From: an uncultured Nitrososphaerota archaeon
Lineage (GTDB): Archaea; Asgardarchaeota; Njordarchaeia; Njordarchaeales; Panguiarchaeaceae
NCBI GenBank assembly: GCA_964636085.1
Contig: CAZWPQ010000028.1
Span: 1-28,576 of the forward strand
Direction: 5' to 3'
DNA length: 28,576 bases
Notes under the pieces: generated by a model
Told to the model about the DNA's origin: nothing
Database searches by the model: none
Seen by the model: only the letters and a program-made list of their open reading frames with translations
Position numbers and translations under genes: made by a program
Shown: piece after piece, positions 28,148 through 28,576 of the stretch
Position numbering within the stretch: position 1 is the first letter of the stretch
How the letters are laid out: each line of letters opens with the position of its first letter

Positions 28148-28576
28148 TTAGTATTCATGTTTCTGGATATACACCGCGTAGTCTGGTGCTTCTCGAAAAC
28201 CTATTTTTAGTCCACGATCGATAATTCTGCGGATCCTAGTCCTCAGTTTGCCATCTCTAGTATGTGATAGCAAAAAATTTGCGAAATCTTTCACAGTAGG
28301 ATCTAGTCTCCCATCATTAAGTTTTCTTATGGAGATAATACTGAGGCTGGGGGTTTTTCTAATAAGGCTCAACAAAACATCAAGATCAGCTTCTTCGTCT
28401 CCAAATATTTTCTCATAGATTTTTTCGAGCTCGATGACGAGCTTTCTTGCTTCATCCAAAATCCCCTCGCCAAAACCCTCAGTAACAATAAATAAGCCAC
28501 CAGGTCTTAATACGCGACAAATTTCTCGGAGTACTAGTGGTAATTTTTCAATGCTGATTTGAGAAAGCGTATAGTG
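28148..28576 (-). CDS. Class I SAM-dependent methyltransferase, C-terminal part (5' end outside the window)
   Basis: The frame is open to the window edge; my translation upstream of the listed ORF gives VLREICRVLRPGGLFIVTE, the typical post-motif of class I methyltransferases. Confidence 0.8.
   Translation of the reverse strand, partial: HYTLSQISIEKLPLVLREICRVLRPGGLFIVTEGFGEGILDEARKLVIELEKIYEKIFGDEEADLDVLLSLIRKTPSLSIISIRKLNDGRLDPTVKDFANFLLSHTRDGKLRTRIRRIIDRGLKIGFREAPDYAVYIQKHEY

Noticed and set aside
28148-28576. SAM methyltransferase as part of SAM-AMP type III signalling
   Set aside because: It is a generic class I methyltransferase more than 3 kb from cas10, separated by unrelated genes; nothing links it to the system.

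Overview
Archaeal, AT-rich CRISPR defence region (archaeal-type GGTGA/GAGG Shine-Dalgarno sites, TATA-like promoters, many TTG/GTG starts; the lineage cannot be fixed from sequence alone). The left end holds 50 copies of a 35-bp CRISPR repeat, and the array continues beyond the window. It is followed by two vapBC pairs flanking a possibly decayed CARF-like gene, then a wHTH-NurA-like / herA / cas6 cluster, a large surface protein and a small retropepsin-like protease. A minus-strand type III-B operon follows: cas10(cmr2)-cmr3-cmr4-cmr5-[cmr4::cmr5-like fusion]-cmr6-cmr1, then two unknown membrane ORFs. The right end has an Ig-domain surface protein, an archaeal ATPase-nuclease and a truncated SAM methyltransferase. 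Four features stand out: (1) a second Cmr4 fused to a Cmr5-like domain; (2) a wHTH-fused NurA whose two catalytic Asp positions are both Gly; (3) a 1-nt frameshift in cas10 exactly at the HD motif while GGDD is intact; (4) no recognisable intact cOA effector, but two in-frame membrane ORFs separated by TGA-TGA at the end of the cmr operon. No cas1/cas2/cas4, rRNA, tRNA or IS element was recognised. All family assignments come from motif recognition by eye, not from database searches.
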